The position numbers and the translations under genes are program-made. DNA of 64,000 bases from Candidatus Omnitrophota bacterium (lineage in GTDB: Bacteria > Omnitrophota > Omnitrophia > Omnitrophales > Aquincolibacteriaceae), in NCBI GenBank assembly GCA_003140935.1, contig PLLJ01000041.1, positions 12,212 to 76,211 of the forward strand, read 5' to 3'. The notes beneath the pieces are model-generated. The model searched no databases. It saw only the letters and a program-made list of their open reading frames with translations, and was not told where the DNA came from. Within the stretch, counting starts at the first letter, position 1. Each line of letters begins with the position of its first letter. Positions 51,981 to 61,777 of the stretch are shown here, piece after piece.

Positions 51981-53523
51981 GGGACGTGTGGAATGCAGAG
52001 GCGTCTGGAGAACTTGTGTGTTTACGTTGTTCCAAAACAGGACCTTCGTGTTTTGTTTTCTCGGCTAAATGCCGCTGGACCTGCTTCGCTTCGATCACTT
52101 CGCGCTCGATCGTTTCCTGTTCGGCCAAGAGCTTCCGCATATCCTCCTCACGGTCGCGAATCTCGGCTTCGATCTTCTCCTGCTCTTTGACCACCTGTTT
52201 CAAGCGCGCCTCTTTGGACACGAGTTGTTCATGGAACTGGGCCTTTTTCTGCACCGTCTCACGCTGATCCAGTTCGGCATAAAGCTCACGGATCTGCTTA
52301 CGGGCATTTTCCAGATCCATCTCCCGGGCCTCGAGCTGTGCGAGACGCACTTGCCAGGACTTTTGCTGGTCTTCGAAAGATACCCGAATCTGCCGAATCT
52401 CTTTTTCAAATTCAGAAGATTTCTGCTCCCATCGTTTGGCCTGCTGGGTCTGGAGTTCTAATTCCTGGATCAGGCGGGTTTCGCTCGACTGGACGATCCT
52501 CTTGCCTTCTTCGAGATTTTTGATCTTCGCGTGGAGCCCCTCCACCAGGGTTTTTTGATTCTCGAGTTCTCTCCGGAACTGAGCGGTCTGGCTTTCCCAT
52601 TCGCGACGCGCCTGTTCCTGCTCGTCCTTGGCACGCTGGAGATCATTCTTCACGGCATGAAAACTTTTGAGGAGCATCTGCTTCTCTTGCAGCAGCTCTT
52701 TATGGGTCAGATCACGCTCTTCGATCTGCTTGAGCAACTCTTCGGCCTTATGATCTTCGGAACCCAGCTTTTCTTCAAAATACTGGCGTGTCTGGCGAAA
52801 CTCCTCGCGAAGAAGCTCATATTTTTCCTCAGCGTGATTCACCAAGGCCTGCAATTCCTGGGCCTCTTTTTCTTTCTGCTTTGTTGCGGCCTCGTGAACC
52901 TTCACCATTCTTTCTTTTTCCGAAACTTCTACCTGCGCCTTTTCAAGCGCCTTGCGAAGCTGGCTCACGCTCTCCTTTAGCCCTACGCTCTCTTTTAAAA
53001 GTTTTTCACGTTCTTCCTCAAGGATGCTTCGAAAATGACGGCCGTTCTGATGGGCCATGCCATTTCCCAAAGGGGCGCGCTCACCACGCTCCGAAGAAAC
53101 CCCCTCGGCCTGGACCCAGGATCGGATCTCCTGGATCGCTTCGCTGTGGTCAAGCTTTTCGGTCTCATTTTTTTTGGATGATACTGCCGGAGATTCTGTC
53201 GGATGAAGGAATGCGAGATTGGGCGGTGTGGGCCATACGGTCCGATAACATCGTCGTTTCAAAAAACCGTCATTACTGATCACGATATCCGTTTGAGCAC
53301 TTTGAAAATATTGCTTTACCTGAAGCGCCGTCGCATACAAAAGATTGTCCATAAGAATGATGGGGGTGTTTTGTACGAGGTCGAGCGCTTCGTTCATGGG
53401 AAGTTGAAACGCCTTGGCGATCTCACGCGCGATTTTGTTGCGTTCCAGCTCGCTCTGGAGGGGGTTGAGGACCACGAACCAGTCCTGCCCGCCTTGCTGA
53501 ACTTTTCTAGTGCCTGTAAGCAT
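51952..53523 (-). CDS. Long coiled-coil protein with a small N-terminal globular domain (523 aa)
   Basis: About 350 residues are E/K/Q/R-rich heptad sequence. An N-terminal domain of about 100 aa is of unknown type. The 3' end overlaps the BFN gene by 29 nt. Confidence 0.6.
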   Translation of the reverse strand: MLTGTRKVQQGGQDWFVVLNPLQSELERNKIAREIAKAFQLPMNEALDLVQNTPIILMDNLLYATALQVKQYFQSAQTDIVISNDGFLKRRCYRTVWPTPPNLAFLHPTESPAVSSKKNETEKLDHSEAIQEIRSWVQAEGVSSERGERAPLGNGMAHQNGRHFRSILEEEREKLLKESVGLKESVSQLRKALEKAQVEVSEKERMVKVHEAATKQKEKEAQELQALVNHAEEKYELLREEFRQTRQYFEEKLGSEDHKAEELLKQIEERDLTHKELLQEKQMLLKSFHAVKNDLQRAKDEQEQARREWESQTAQFRRELENQKTLVEGLHAKIKNLEEGKRIVQSSETRLIQELELQTQQAKRWEQKSSEFEKEIRQIRVSFEDQQKSWQVRLAQLEAREMDLENARKQIRELYAELDQRETVQKKAQFHEQLVSKEARLKQVVKEQEKIEAEIRDREEDMRKLLAEQETIEREVIEAKQVQRHLAEKTKHEGPVLEQRKHTSSPDASAFHTSHVRPEAIDD

Positions 53524-53593
53524 GCCAACCCTTGGAAATTTTCAATTTTAGAGAAAAGGATATTGCGTCATGAGGCCTAAATTCCTGTTCGCT

Positions 53594-53935
53594 TTAGAAC
53601 GTAATCCGTTCGGCGATCTCATGGATCACCGGAATCTCCCACCGCTCTCTCATCAGCACCTTCACGATCCCGATAAGCGAAAGAATCCCGAACACTACGA
53701 AGGACAAAGTAAATACAAGATCCCCGAACACAGGAACAACCTTCAAGATCGCCGCAGCCAATTCAAGGATAAAAAGCACCAGGGCTTGCTTTCCGTGAAA
53801 AAGCGCGAACTTGTTCTCTTTCTTGAGCGCAAGCGGCACAAAACAAAGAAAACTCAAATAGCCGATCGCTGCAAAAAACTGTGCATCCTGTGCCTCCGGG
53901 TCCTTGGGCACAACAACTTTTTCATTCTTAGTCAT
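53594..53935 (-). CDS. DUF4870-family small membrane protein
   Basis: 113 aa. The motif FHGKQALVLFI lies between TM helices. Confidence 0.6.
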   Translation of the reverse strand: MTKNEKVVVPKDPEAQDAQFFAAIGYLSFLCFVPLALKKENKFALFHGKQALVLFILELAAAILKVVPVFGDLVFTLSFVVFGILSLIGIVKVLMRERWEIPVIHEIAERITF

Positions 53936-54049
53936 CGTTTCTCCTTCGTTTAGACGAATGCAGCATTATAGAAAGACCTGCGTACAATCGTCAAGGCGCA
54001 ATCCTGAAAATTGATGCGGCAGCTGCGCCCGCAAAAACCCTCAACCGCT

Positions 54050-54403
54050 TCACGCAACCGCGGGTTTCGCTTCGTGGCAAACCCTAGGGATCGTCCGTTC
54101 CATCGGAATAAAAAAACTTCCCACTTCGCATACACCGATATACATCCTGCGCAACATGTAGACAGTCCCCATGCCCAGTCCCGGGAAAAATCCAGAACCG
54201 CCCTGGTCCTTCATATCCGCATGGATCGTGCACGGAATTTCGGCAGGGCTGGTCACGACATTCTCAAGCCCGCGACCAAACTTAGTCCCGATCCCATACA
54301 TATAATCTCCCACCGTCTCCTCGGCCAACGCAAAAGGCACCAAAAGCACCGTCAGCGCGAGCAACAGGGTGGATATTCTTAGCCACATAAAAGATCCTTT
54401 CAT
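54050..54403 (-). CDS. Small secreted protein, paralog 2, last gene of the mla array
   Basis: The start MKGSFMWLRISTLLLALTVLLVPFALAEE lies at the ATG at 54403, which overlaps the mlaD stop. Homologous to 36881..37222 (AEE...FGRGLENVVTSPAEIPCTI). Confidence 0.55.
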   Translation of the reverse strand: MKGSFMWLRISTLLLALTVLLVPFALAEETVGDYMYGIGTKFGRGLENVVTSPAEIPCTIHADMKDQGGSGFFPGLGMGTVYMLRRMYIGVCEVGSFFIPMERTIPRVCHEAKPAVA

Positions 54404-55035
54404 TAACCTTTGCGGACCAAACGCCAAGGATGCATTTTCAGTTCTGCGGTCATATCCCGAAGATTCGCCGTCACCTCATGAAGATTACCGATGCTCTTGG
54501 AGATCTCCTCTTTATTCCCGCCCACCACATCATTCATGGTTTTCAATAATGGATTAAGGTCCTCGGTCATTTTCGAAACCTCGTCCGCTAAAAGATTCAT
54601 CTTGCGGATCAAAACGTGCATCGGGATCGGGTCCACGCCTTCGATCACCTTACCGGTTGCCATAGGCGGAGCATCTTTTGAACCCACAGAGATCTCGATG
54701 AACTTCTCCCCCATCATCCCGAGGGTATCAATGTAAGCAACGCTATCGGCGCGGACATAGGCGTCCTTGGAAACTTTGATCGTCACCAGGACCGGCCTCG
54801 GTTGTCCCGGAAGGATCTGGATACCATCCACCTTACCGACCTCGCGGCCTGCGTAATAAACGGGGGCGCTATCGCTTAAGCCGCTCAGGTATCCGAACTG
54901 CACCTTCCATTCGTTAGCCCCTTTCTTGAAATAGCCTCCGACCACGAACGTCATGACCAGAAGCACCACGAGCGCGACCAGCACAAAAAATCCGGATTTG
55001 ATCTCGGATGACGAATAAGTATTTGATGAATCCAT
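54403..55035 (-). CDS. mlaD: MCE-domain protein MlaD
   Basis: An N-terminal TM anchor followed by an MCE domain (YYAGREVGKVDGIQIL...). 210 aa. Confidence 0.8.
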   Translation of the reverse strand: MDSSNTYSSSEIKSGFFVLVALVVLLVMTFVVGGYFKKGANEWKVQFGYLSGLSDSAPVYYAGREVGKVDGIQILPGQPRPVLVTIKVSKDAYVRADSVAYIDTLGMMGEKFIEISVGSKDAPPMATGKVIEGVDPIPMHVLIRKMNLLADEVSKMTEDLNPLLKTMNDVVGGNKEEISKSIGNLHEVTANLRDMTAELKMHPWRLVRKG

Positions 55036-55059
55036 CTTTTCCTCCTCTGGAAACGATTC

Positions 55060-55866
55060 TTAAGTGGAAAGAAGCCCTTTTAAATAAGCTTCGCTCGTTT
55101 GTTTGAACGGGATGACACCTTCAGACTCCCCATGAATGAACTGTTGAACATAGGAATCCTTTGAATTCTTGATCTCATCGGCAGTGCCAACTTGCAGGAC
55201 CTTGCCCTTATGAAGGACGATGATCTGGTCCGCGATTCGGAACGCACTTTTCATTTCATGCGACACCACTACCGACGTGATATTGAGCTTTTTGCTAAGG
55301 TCCAGGATCAAGCGATCGATCATGCTCGCCGTGATCGGATCCAAGCCCGCGCCCGGTTCGTCATAGAAGACGATCTTCGGATCCAGCGCGATCGCGCGCG
55401 CGAGCGCCACGCGTTTTTTCATACCGCCCGAGATTTGATGGGGCATGAAGTCTTCAAAGCCCGTCAGCCCCACAAGCTCCAATTTCACACGGACAATGAT
55501 ACGGATGATCTCAGGAGAAAGGTCCGTGTGTTCTTTGAGCGGCACGGCAACGTTCTCGCCAACGGTCATCGAATTAAAAAGGGCTGACCCTTGAAAAAGC
55601 ATGCCGAACTTTCGTCTCACATTATTCATCTCTTTTTCGCTGAGGCCCACGATATTGGCTCCATCCACCAGGATCTCGCCGGAAGTCGGCTGATGCAAGG
55701 CGATGAGATGTCTCAAGAAGGTTGTTTTGCCACATCCCGAGCCGCCCATGATGACCGTGATCTGGCCGCGTGGGATCTCGACGTTGATCCCGTTCAGCAC
55801 CGTAAGGTCCCCGAAACGTTTAATGAGATTCCTGACTTCGATAACGCATGGTTCGGATTCGCTCAT
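55060..55866 (-). CDS. mlaF: ABC transporter ATP-binding protein MlaF
   Basis: Walker A GGSGCGKTT, the ABC signature ISGGMKKRVALARA, and Walker B IVFYDEP. Confidence 0.9.
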   Translation of the reverse strand: MSESEPCVIEVRNLIKRFGDLTVLNGINVEIPRGQITVIMGGSGCGKTTFLRHLIALHQPTSGEILVDGANIVGLSEKEMNNVRRKFGMLFQGSALFNSMTVGENVAVPLKEHTDLSPEIIRIIVRVKLELVGLTGFEDFMPHQISGGMKKRVALARAIALDPKIVFYDEPGAGLDPITASMIDRLILDLSKKLNITSVVVSHEMKSAFRIADQIIVLHKGKVLQVGTADEIKNSKDSYVQQFIHGESEGVIPFKQTSEAYLKGLLST

Positions 55867-55873
55867 ATGTTCC

Positions 55874-56674
55874 TCAAGTGGGCAAGGCGTAATAAATGAC
55901 CGCCGTCGCCAGACAGTCCACTACAATGATCAGCACGATCGAGATCACGACGGCTTGCGTCGTGGCTTTTCCTACCGCATCGGCACCGCCTGACACGGAA
56001 AGTCCCTGATGACAGCTCACCAGCGCGATCAAGATGCTGAAGATAAAACTTTTCAGGAGCCCGGTGTAGATGTCTTTGAGACAAAGAGCCTCAATACTCT
56101 TGGCAATATAAAGACTGGAATTGATCCCAAGCCCCGTCGTCCCGATCGCCCAACCGCCGATCATCCCCACGATATCCACGATAACGGTCAAGCACGGAAG
56201 CATCAAGGCCAGCGCGAGGACACGAGGCGCGACAAGATACCGTATCGGATTAATACCCATTGTGATAAGCGCATCTACCTCTTCCTGTACCATCATGGTC
56301 CCGATCTCTGCGGCCATGCGCGCGCCGATCCGGCCGGAGATTACGATCGCTGCGATCAGAGGCCCCAATTCGCGGGCCATCGCAACGCATACAAGACTTC
56401 CCGTGTACATGAGGGCCCCAAAAGTCTTCAGGGAATACGCCGCTTGTAAGGCCAGAACGGTCCCGACCGAAGCCCCCACGAGAGAAACAATCGCCGTCGA
56501 ATCAATACCGATCAAAACCATCTGACGGAAAAGAACTTCCCGGGGGATAACCTTCCTCTTGAAAAAAGACGAGAGTGTATAACCGACGACCGCCGATCCG
56601 AGATTCCACAAACGGGCAACACCCGACAAAATAAAAAATATCGACTGTCCGGTCTTTCCCGCAAATTCCTTCAT
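55874..56674 (-). CDS. mlaE: ABC transporter permease MlaE
   Basis: Starting at Met77 of the track ORF (MKEFAGKTG...) gives 267 aa, matching MlaE. The upstream 76 codons of the track ORF are R/S-rich and probably not translated. Confidence 0.85.
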   Translation of the reverse strand: MKEFAGKTGQSIFFILSGVARLWNLGSAVVGYTLSSFFKRKVIPREVLFRQMVLIGIDSTAIVSLVGASVGTVLALQAAYSLKTFGALMYTGSLVCVAMARELGPLIAAIVISGRIGARMAAEIGTMMVQEEVDALITMGINPIRYLVAPRVLALALMLPCLTVIVDIVGMIGGWAIGTTGLGINSSLYIAKSIEALCLKDIYTGLLKSFIFSILIALVSCHQGLSVSGGADAVGKATTQAVVISIVLIIVVDCLATAVIYYALPT

Positions 56675-56699
56675 AAGACTATATTCCTTAAATATGCGT

Positions 56700-57044
56700 T
56701 CAGGCTTTGGCGCCCAGGCACTTTTCCGCTTCCGCGACAGTCGAAGTGATCTCAAAAATACTATCGAGCTTGGCGATCTCAAAAACGCCACGGACCGTGG
56801 GTGTAAGCGCCGCAAGAATGAGACGGCCCTGATAGCGTTTAGCCTTTTGGAATGCTTCGACAAAGGTCGCGATACCGGAACTGTCCATATAGTCCACACC
56901 ACTCAGGTTCACGAGGATCTTGGAAGCTTGTTTCACGGTCAATTCCGTCAATTTTTCGCGAAGCTCGGGTGAAGAATGGTAATCCAATTCCCCTGAAAGC
57001 TCCAGCACATGGATGTCTCCTTGATTTGTCGATTGTATTTTCAT
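56700..57044 (-). CDS. STAS-domain anti-sigma factor antagonist (SpoIIAA/RsbV-like)
   Basis: 114 aa. Conserved VDYMDSSGIATF carries the phosphorylatable Ser in its DSSG context. Confidence 0.85.
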   Translation of the reverse strand: MKIQSTNQGDIHVLELSGELDYHSSPELREKLTELTVKQASKILVNLSGVDYMDSSGIATFVEAFQKAKRYQGRLILAALTPTVRGVFEIAKLDSIFEITSTVAEAEKCLGAKA

Positions 57045-57060
57045 AGTTCACCTTTCTCTT

Positions 57061-57465
57061 TCAAATTTTATTCTTGCGCTTGATCAAACGAAGCCGATTC
57101 CCGCCCGAGCCCTGACCCTCATAGATCATCTCGTCCATGATCGTCCTGATAAAATGAACTCCCAGACCCCCCGGTTTTTGACGCGGAAGTTCCGGCGGCG
57201 GCACTTGGGTCGGATCGAATTTCTTGCCCCAATCCTCCAGCACGATCTCGATCCTGTCGTCAGCTGCCACAACCGAGACCGTCATTTTACCTGGCCCGCC
57301 CTGATAAGCATGACGAATAATGTTAGTTAAAGCCTCATCGACCGCCAAGAGGATCTCCTCTGTGGTCTTTTTTTTCCACCCGGCATGGCTCAGGATCTGG
57401 CGGAGTTCTTTCCGGAAAGGTGAAAGAACCTCGGAGGATGCGTTCAGTTCAAATCTTTTTTCCAC
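57061..57465 (-). CDS. Anti-sigma regulatory serine kinase (SpoIIAB/RsbW-like HATPase_c)
   Basis: 134 aa. N-box EALTNIIRHAY and G-boxes (GKMTV..., PGGLGVHFI). Confidence 0.8.
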   Translation of the reverse strand: MEKRFELNASSEVLSPFRKELRQILSHAGWKKKTTEEILLAVDEALTNIIRHAYQGGPGKMTVSVVAADDRIEIVLEDWGKKFDPTQVPPPELPRQKPGGLGVHFIRTIMDEMIYEGQGSGGNRLRLIKRKNKI

Positions 57466-58115
57466 TCAACCCCCTGCTGGAGGAGCTCCCGGAGAATAGT
57501 GCGAGAAGAAAAAGTCCTTCGCGATCTTTCTTTTGCGAAGCATATCTGAAGGTAACGCGCGACAATATCAACCTCCAGATTGACTTCGGAACCCACCCGC
57601 TTGATGCCAAGGGTCGTGACTTGAAGTGTATGCGGGATCACGGCAATTTGAAATACCTTTCCGCAAACCTTCTGCACCGTCAAACTGATCCCGTCGCAAG
57701 CAACCGACCCCTTATCTGCAAGAAGCGCGATTATATCCTTCGAGGCCGTCAGGAACAAGGTCGTATTCTTCTTCCTTTTTTCGATCTTTACGATCGTACC
57801 CCGACCATCAATATGTCCGGTCACGAAATGACCCCCGAGCCCATCCCCGATCTTCAGAGACCTTTCAAGGTTTACGCGACCTCTTCGTTCCAGCATTCCT
57901 AACGTGGTCGCTTCCAAGGTTTGACGCACCACATCCACTTCAAAACCGTTCGGATTAACGCGAACCGCGGTCAGACACACCCCGGACACTGCAATGCTGT
58001 CCCCGATCTTCAGACCTTTCTCTTTTTTCTGAAACCGGAACCCGAACCGGACCTGGCCGCCCCACTCTTCTTTCTTTACAACGATGCCTTGATTTTCAAC
58101 AATGCCTGTAAACAT
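57444..58115 (-). CDS. ribE: Riboflavin synthase alpha subunit
   Basis: MFTGIVENQG... starts a duplicated lumazine-binding fold. 223 aa. Confidence 0.9.
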   Translation of the reverse strand: MFTGIVENQGIVVKKEEWGGQVRFGFRFQKKEKGLKIGDSIAVSGVCLTAVRVNPNGFEVDVVRQTLEATTLGMLERRGRVNLERSLKIGDGLGGHFVTGHIDGRGTIVKIEKRKKNTTLFLTASKDIIALLADKGSVACDGISLTVQKVCGKVFQIAVIPHTLQVTTLGIKRVGSEVNLEVDIVARYLQICFAKERSRRTFSSRTILRELLQQGVEWKKDLN

Positions 58116-58127
58116 GATCTTTCCGCC

Positions 58128-59243
58128 CTATTTTTTGTGAAATGTGCCTTCAAAAATCCAATCATCGCCTGAACGCGTCATTTTAACCGTCTTGAACAAA
58201 AACGCCTGATCCGGGGTCTTCACGCCAAGACCTTCCACGGAAGTCTTGGCAGCACGACCGCCAAAGATCTTCGGTGCGAGGATCCAAAAAGCGCGGTCCA
58301 CGCATCCCGCCTCCAGAAAGGACCAGGCCAATTCCCCTCCGCCCTCAACTAAAAGCTTGGTCACACCCAGTAACGCGAGTTTTCTAAGAAGCTCACGAAC
58401 CTCGATCCTGCCGTGTTTTTCTTTAACGGGCAAAAGCATCAACGTTCCTTTTTGAGCTTCTGCTTTTTTAACGATCTTCTTCAGATCTTTTTCCGGGAAT
58501 ACGAGGATCGTGAGCCGGCTGTCTTCAAAGATACGCGCTTTTGAGGACCAACCTCGCGCGGAGATCATCACGATCTTCCATGGTTTTCCGGCAGCGAGCG
58601 AACGTGAATTTTTCGGAACTGTGAGCCGGGGATCATCCTGATAGAACGTATTCTTCCCTACCAAAATCGCCTCGTGACTTGCCCGAAGCTTGTGGACAAA
58701 TTCACGTGAAGGGGGCGAAGAGATCCAACGGGAAAGGCCCTCCCGCGTCGCGATCTTGCCATCCAGGGTCTGCGCCATCTTAAGCGTCACAAACGAACGT
58801 TTTTCGGTCATATATTTAAAAAATCCCTCGTTTTGCCTGCGAACTTCATCTTCCAAGATACCGATCTTGACGGCAATTCCCTGCTCGCGAAGAAAGCGGA
58901 CACCTTTGCCACGATTCGAGGGATTGGGATCCAGACAACCGATCACAACCTTTTTGATCCCTTTTTCTTTGATATGCGGAGCACAGGGCGGGGTTTTCTG
59001 CCAGGTCGCACAAGGTTCCAGGGTCACGTAAAGTGTGGCGCCCCGAGCCTTCTTGCCGGCCTTGGCCAAAGCATTGGGTTCGGCGTGTGGCCCGCCAAAT
59101 TTCTCATGAAAACCGGAACCCACGAGCTTCCCTCTGGAAACAACGCAGGCCCCCACCATGGGATTGGGGCTGACACTGAAACGTCCTCTCTCCGCCAAAG
59201 CAAGAGCTCGTTTCATCCAAACTTCATGCGGCGGAAGGGTCAT
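58128..59243 (-). CDS. ribD: Bifunctional diaminohydroxyphosphoribosylaminopyrimidine deaminase / 5-amino-6-(5-phosphoribosylamino)uracil reductase
   Basis: A CMP/dCMP deaminase zinc motif (HAEPNAL...CATWQK region) is followed by a C-terminal reductase domain. 371 aa. Confidence 0.9.
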   Translation of the reverse strand: MTLPPHEVWMKRALALAERGRFSVSPNPMVGACVVSRGKLVGSGFHEKFGGPHAEPNALAKAGKKARGATLYVTLEPCATWQKTPPCAPHIKEKGIKKVVIGCLDPNPSNRGKGVRFLREQGIAVKIGILEDEVRRQNEGFFKYMTEKRSFVTLKMAQTLDGKIATREGLSRWISSPPSREFVHKLRASHEAILVGKNTFYQDDPRLTVPKNSRSLAAGKPWKIVMISARGWSSKARIFEDSRLTILVFPEKDLKKIVKKAEAQKGTLMLLPVKEKHGRIEVRELLRKLALLGVTKLLVEGGGELAWSFLEAGCVDRAFWILAPKIFGGRAAKTSVEGLGVKTPDQAFLFKTVKMTRSGDDWIFEGTFHKK

Positions 59244-59673
59244 GATCCTTGGGGCTTTTGGGCTTTTCGGTGTGGTTGATCTTATCGAGGATGCCGTTAA
59301 CGAATTTCCCGGATTCTTCTTGTGAAAATTTCTTCGCCAGGTTCACGGCTTCATTAAGGGTCACTTTAGGCGGCACATCAGCCAGATAAAGCAGTTCGTA
59401 GGTCGCGAATCGCATGATGTTACGATCGATCATGGCCATCCGGGATAGTTCCCAGTTGTCCGCATAACGCTCAACGACCTTGTCGATCTCCGCTTGATGT
59501 TCCACCGTCCCGAGAGCGAGCTTCTCCGCAAAATCCCGAACATCCTCGGGAAAAACCTCGTCCTGCTGAGACCAGAATTTCTTCAGGATCTCCGGCATGG
59601 GCTCCGGGTTCATCTCGTACTGATAGAGGATTTGAAGTGCGCATTCCCGCGCCTGAGTTCTTTTGCGAAGCAT
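59224..59673 (-). CDS. nusB: Transcription antitermination factor NusB
   Basis: 149 aa. ARECALQILYQYEMN is typical of NusB. It sits inside the rib operon. Confidence 0.9.
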   Translation of the reverse strand: MLRKRTQARECALQILYQYEMNPEPMPEILKKFWSQQDEVFPEDVRDFAEKLALGTVEHQAEIDKVVERYADNWELSRMAMIDRNIMRFATYELLYLADVPPKVTLNEAVNLAKKFSQEESGKFVNGILDKINHTEKPKSPKDHDPSAA

Positions 59674-59706
59674 TTTTTGCCTTTGATTTATCCTAAGATG
59701 AAAATG

Positions 59707-60210
59707 CTATTTCGTTCTTTTTCGAGCCCTAATGCTTTTTGCCTTTTGGGATAATTGTTCGTCAAGACTTGCTATCTCAAGCGCCGCCAAGGCTGCCTGT
59801 TCGCCTTTATTGCCGTGCTTCAATCCCGCCCGGTCGATGGCTTGTTCCAGATTATCGACCGTGATCACTCCGGTCGCGATCGGTGTCCCCGTCTCGAGCG
59901 CCACTTGATCGATCCCGCGTGTCAGTTCATTCGACACACATTCGAAATGGTAAGTCCCTCCGCGGATCACGCAGCTAAGCGCGATCACGACGTCGCAATG
60001 CGTCTGGGTCTTCAGTTTTTTGCAGAAGAACGGGACTTCCAGGCCGCCCGGTACCCAGACAATCTTGATGTTTTTTTCCGGTACCCCGGCTTTGCGCAGG
60101 GTCGTCACGGCTCCTTCCAGCAAGCGATCGGTGATGTACTGATTAAACCGCGAAACAACAATCCCGAATTTTTTATTCTCGGCGATGATCTTTCCATGGT
60201 AAGTCTTCAT
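59707..60210 (-). CDS. ribH: 6,7-dimethyl-8-ribityllumazine synthase
   Basis: 167 aa. KFGIVVSRFNQYITDRLLEGA is typical of the family. Confidence 0.9.
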   Translation of the reverse strand: MKTYHGKIIAENKKFGIVVSRFNQYITDRLLEGAVTTLRKAGVPEKNIKIVWVPGGLEVPFFCKKLKTQTHCDVVIALSCVIRGGTYHFECVSNELTRGIDQVALETGTPIATGVITVDNLEQAIDRAGLKHGNKGEQAALAALEIASLDEQLSQKAKSIRARKRTK

Positions 60211-61421
60211 GAATTCGGCCCCGTGTCAAAAAGATGACCGAGTTTATCTTTTTTGGTTTGTATATACTTCGCGCTCACAGGATGCGGAGACATGATGATC
60301 GGAAGACGCTCCACGACCTGCAGTCCATAGCCTTCCAACCCTACGATCTTGCGAGGATTATTCGTCATGAGGCGAAGTTTTGAAAGCCCGAGATCATGGA
60401 GGATCTGAGCGCCGATCCCGTAATCCCGGAGATCCGGCTTAAACCCGAGCGCTTCATTCGCTTGAACCGTATCAAGCCCGTGCTTATCTTGAAGCTCGTA
60501 AGCCTTGATCTTATTGGCCAACCCGATCCCACGGCCTTCCTGACGCATGTAAAGGATCACGCCGGAACCTTCCTGTTGGATCATTTTCATAGCTGTGACA
60601 AGCTGTTCCTGGCAATCACAGCGTAAAGAGCTTAAGACCTCCCCCGTAAAACATTCCGAGTGCACGCGCACCAGCGCCGGCTTATCGCCGATCTGCCCCT
60701 GAATAAGTGCAACATGTTGAGCTCCGTCAAGGAGCGACTCATAGATCTGGATAGTCCAGGTCCCGAACTTCGTCGGAAGCTTGGCTTCGCTCACTTTTTT
60801 GACCAGCTTATCTTTTTGGGTGCGGTGGGCAATAAGATCACGGATCGTTCCGATCTTGAGTCCATGTGTTTTGGCAAATTCCAGAAGATCGGAAAGTCGC
60901 GCCATTTTGCCGTCATCATTCACGATCTCGCAGATCACCGCAGCCGGAGGAAGTCCGGCGGCCTGCACCAGGTCCACCGCCGCTTCGGTATGCCCGGCGC
61001 GACGCAACACGCCTCCCTGCTTTGCTTTCAACGGAAAGATATGCCCAGGGATCACAAAATCCTCACGTTGGATCTTAGAGTCCGCTAGTAGCTCGATCGT
61101 ACGGTTGCGATCATAAGCCGAGATCCCCGTTGTGATGCCGGTCTTCGCGTCTACCGATACGGTAAACGCCGTTTTCATAGGATCCTCGGGATTGGGATTC
61201 ATCTGGTCGAGCCCGAGAGCTTGAATGCGGTCAGCCGTCATGGGAACACAGATAAGCCCCCGCGCGAACTTCATCATAAAATTGACCATCTCAGGCGTCG
61301 TCTTGGACGCTGCAAAAACAATGTCCCCCTCGTTCTCGCGGGTCTCATCATCGGTCATGATGACCATGCGACCCTCGCGGATATCCTGAATGATCTCTTC
61401 GGTCGTATTCAATGGCTTCAT
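60207..61421 (-). CDS. ribBA: Bifunctional 3,4-dihydroxy-2-butanone-4-phosphate synthase / GTP cyclohydrolase II
   Basis: 404 aa. The N-terminal DHBP synthase domain is followed by a GTP cyclohydrolase II domain with Cys ligands (CDCQ...). Confidence 0.9.
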   Translation of the reverse strand: MKPLNTTEEIIQDIREGRMVIMTDDETRENEGDIVFAASKTTPEMVNFMMKFARGLICVPMTADRIQALGLDQMNPNPEDPMKTAFTVSVDAKTGITTGISAYDRNRTIELLADSKIQREDFVIPGHIFPLKAKQGGVLRRAGHTEAAVDLVQAAGLPPAAVICEIVNDDGKMARLSDLLEFAKTHGLKIGTIRDLIAHRTQKDKLVKKVSEAKLPTKFGTWTIQIYESLLDGAQHVALIQGQIGDKPALVRVHSECFTGEVLSSLRCDCQEQLVTAMKMIQQEGSGVILYMRQEGRGIGLANKIKAYELQDKHGLDTVQANEALGFKPDLRDYGIGAQILHDLGLSKLRLMTNNPRKIVGLEGYGLQVVERLPIIMSPHPVSAKYIQTKKDKLGHLFDTGPNS

Positions 61422-61777
61422 AATGTCTCCGGCTCACAAAAAAAACGTGAAGGTATGCTAACAACAACCTCTTTTTTTGTCAAAACTTGTTTTCCTAAGT
61501 CATTCATTGCATTAAAGTTACGCGCCTTGACAGAAGATGCCCGTGAGGTTACATTTGCATGGTAGGGCATAATAACTAATTTCTTTGACAATGAGGAGTG
61601 GCGGCGGAACGAACCAGGTTCCGTAGCCATTTCTTACAAAAGCCCCAGCGTGAGCAAAAGAGCCACAGCCTAGAGGGTTTCGCCTGACGAGCAATAAGCT
61701 CTTTTATTTTATAATGTTGCTAGAGAAAGCGGAATTCTCGAACTCACAGTTGGGGCTTTTTTTTGTCCGCAACATCC

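Noticed and set aside
61641-61777. Possible terminator of the SPFH gene (AAGAGC...GCTCTT; GGGGCTTTTTTTT)
   Set aside because: The stems are weak, the loops are long, and the orientation is inconsistent. It is not a reliable intrinsic terminator.
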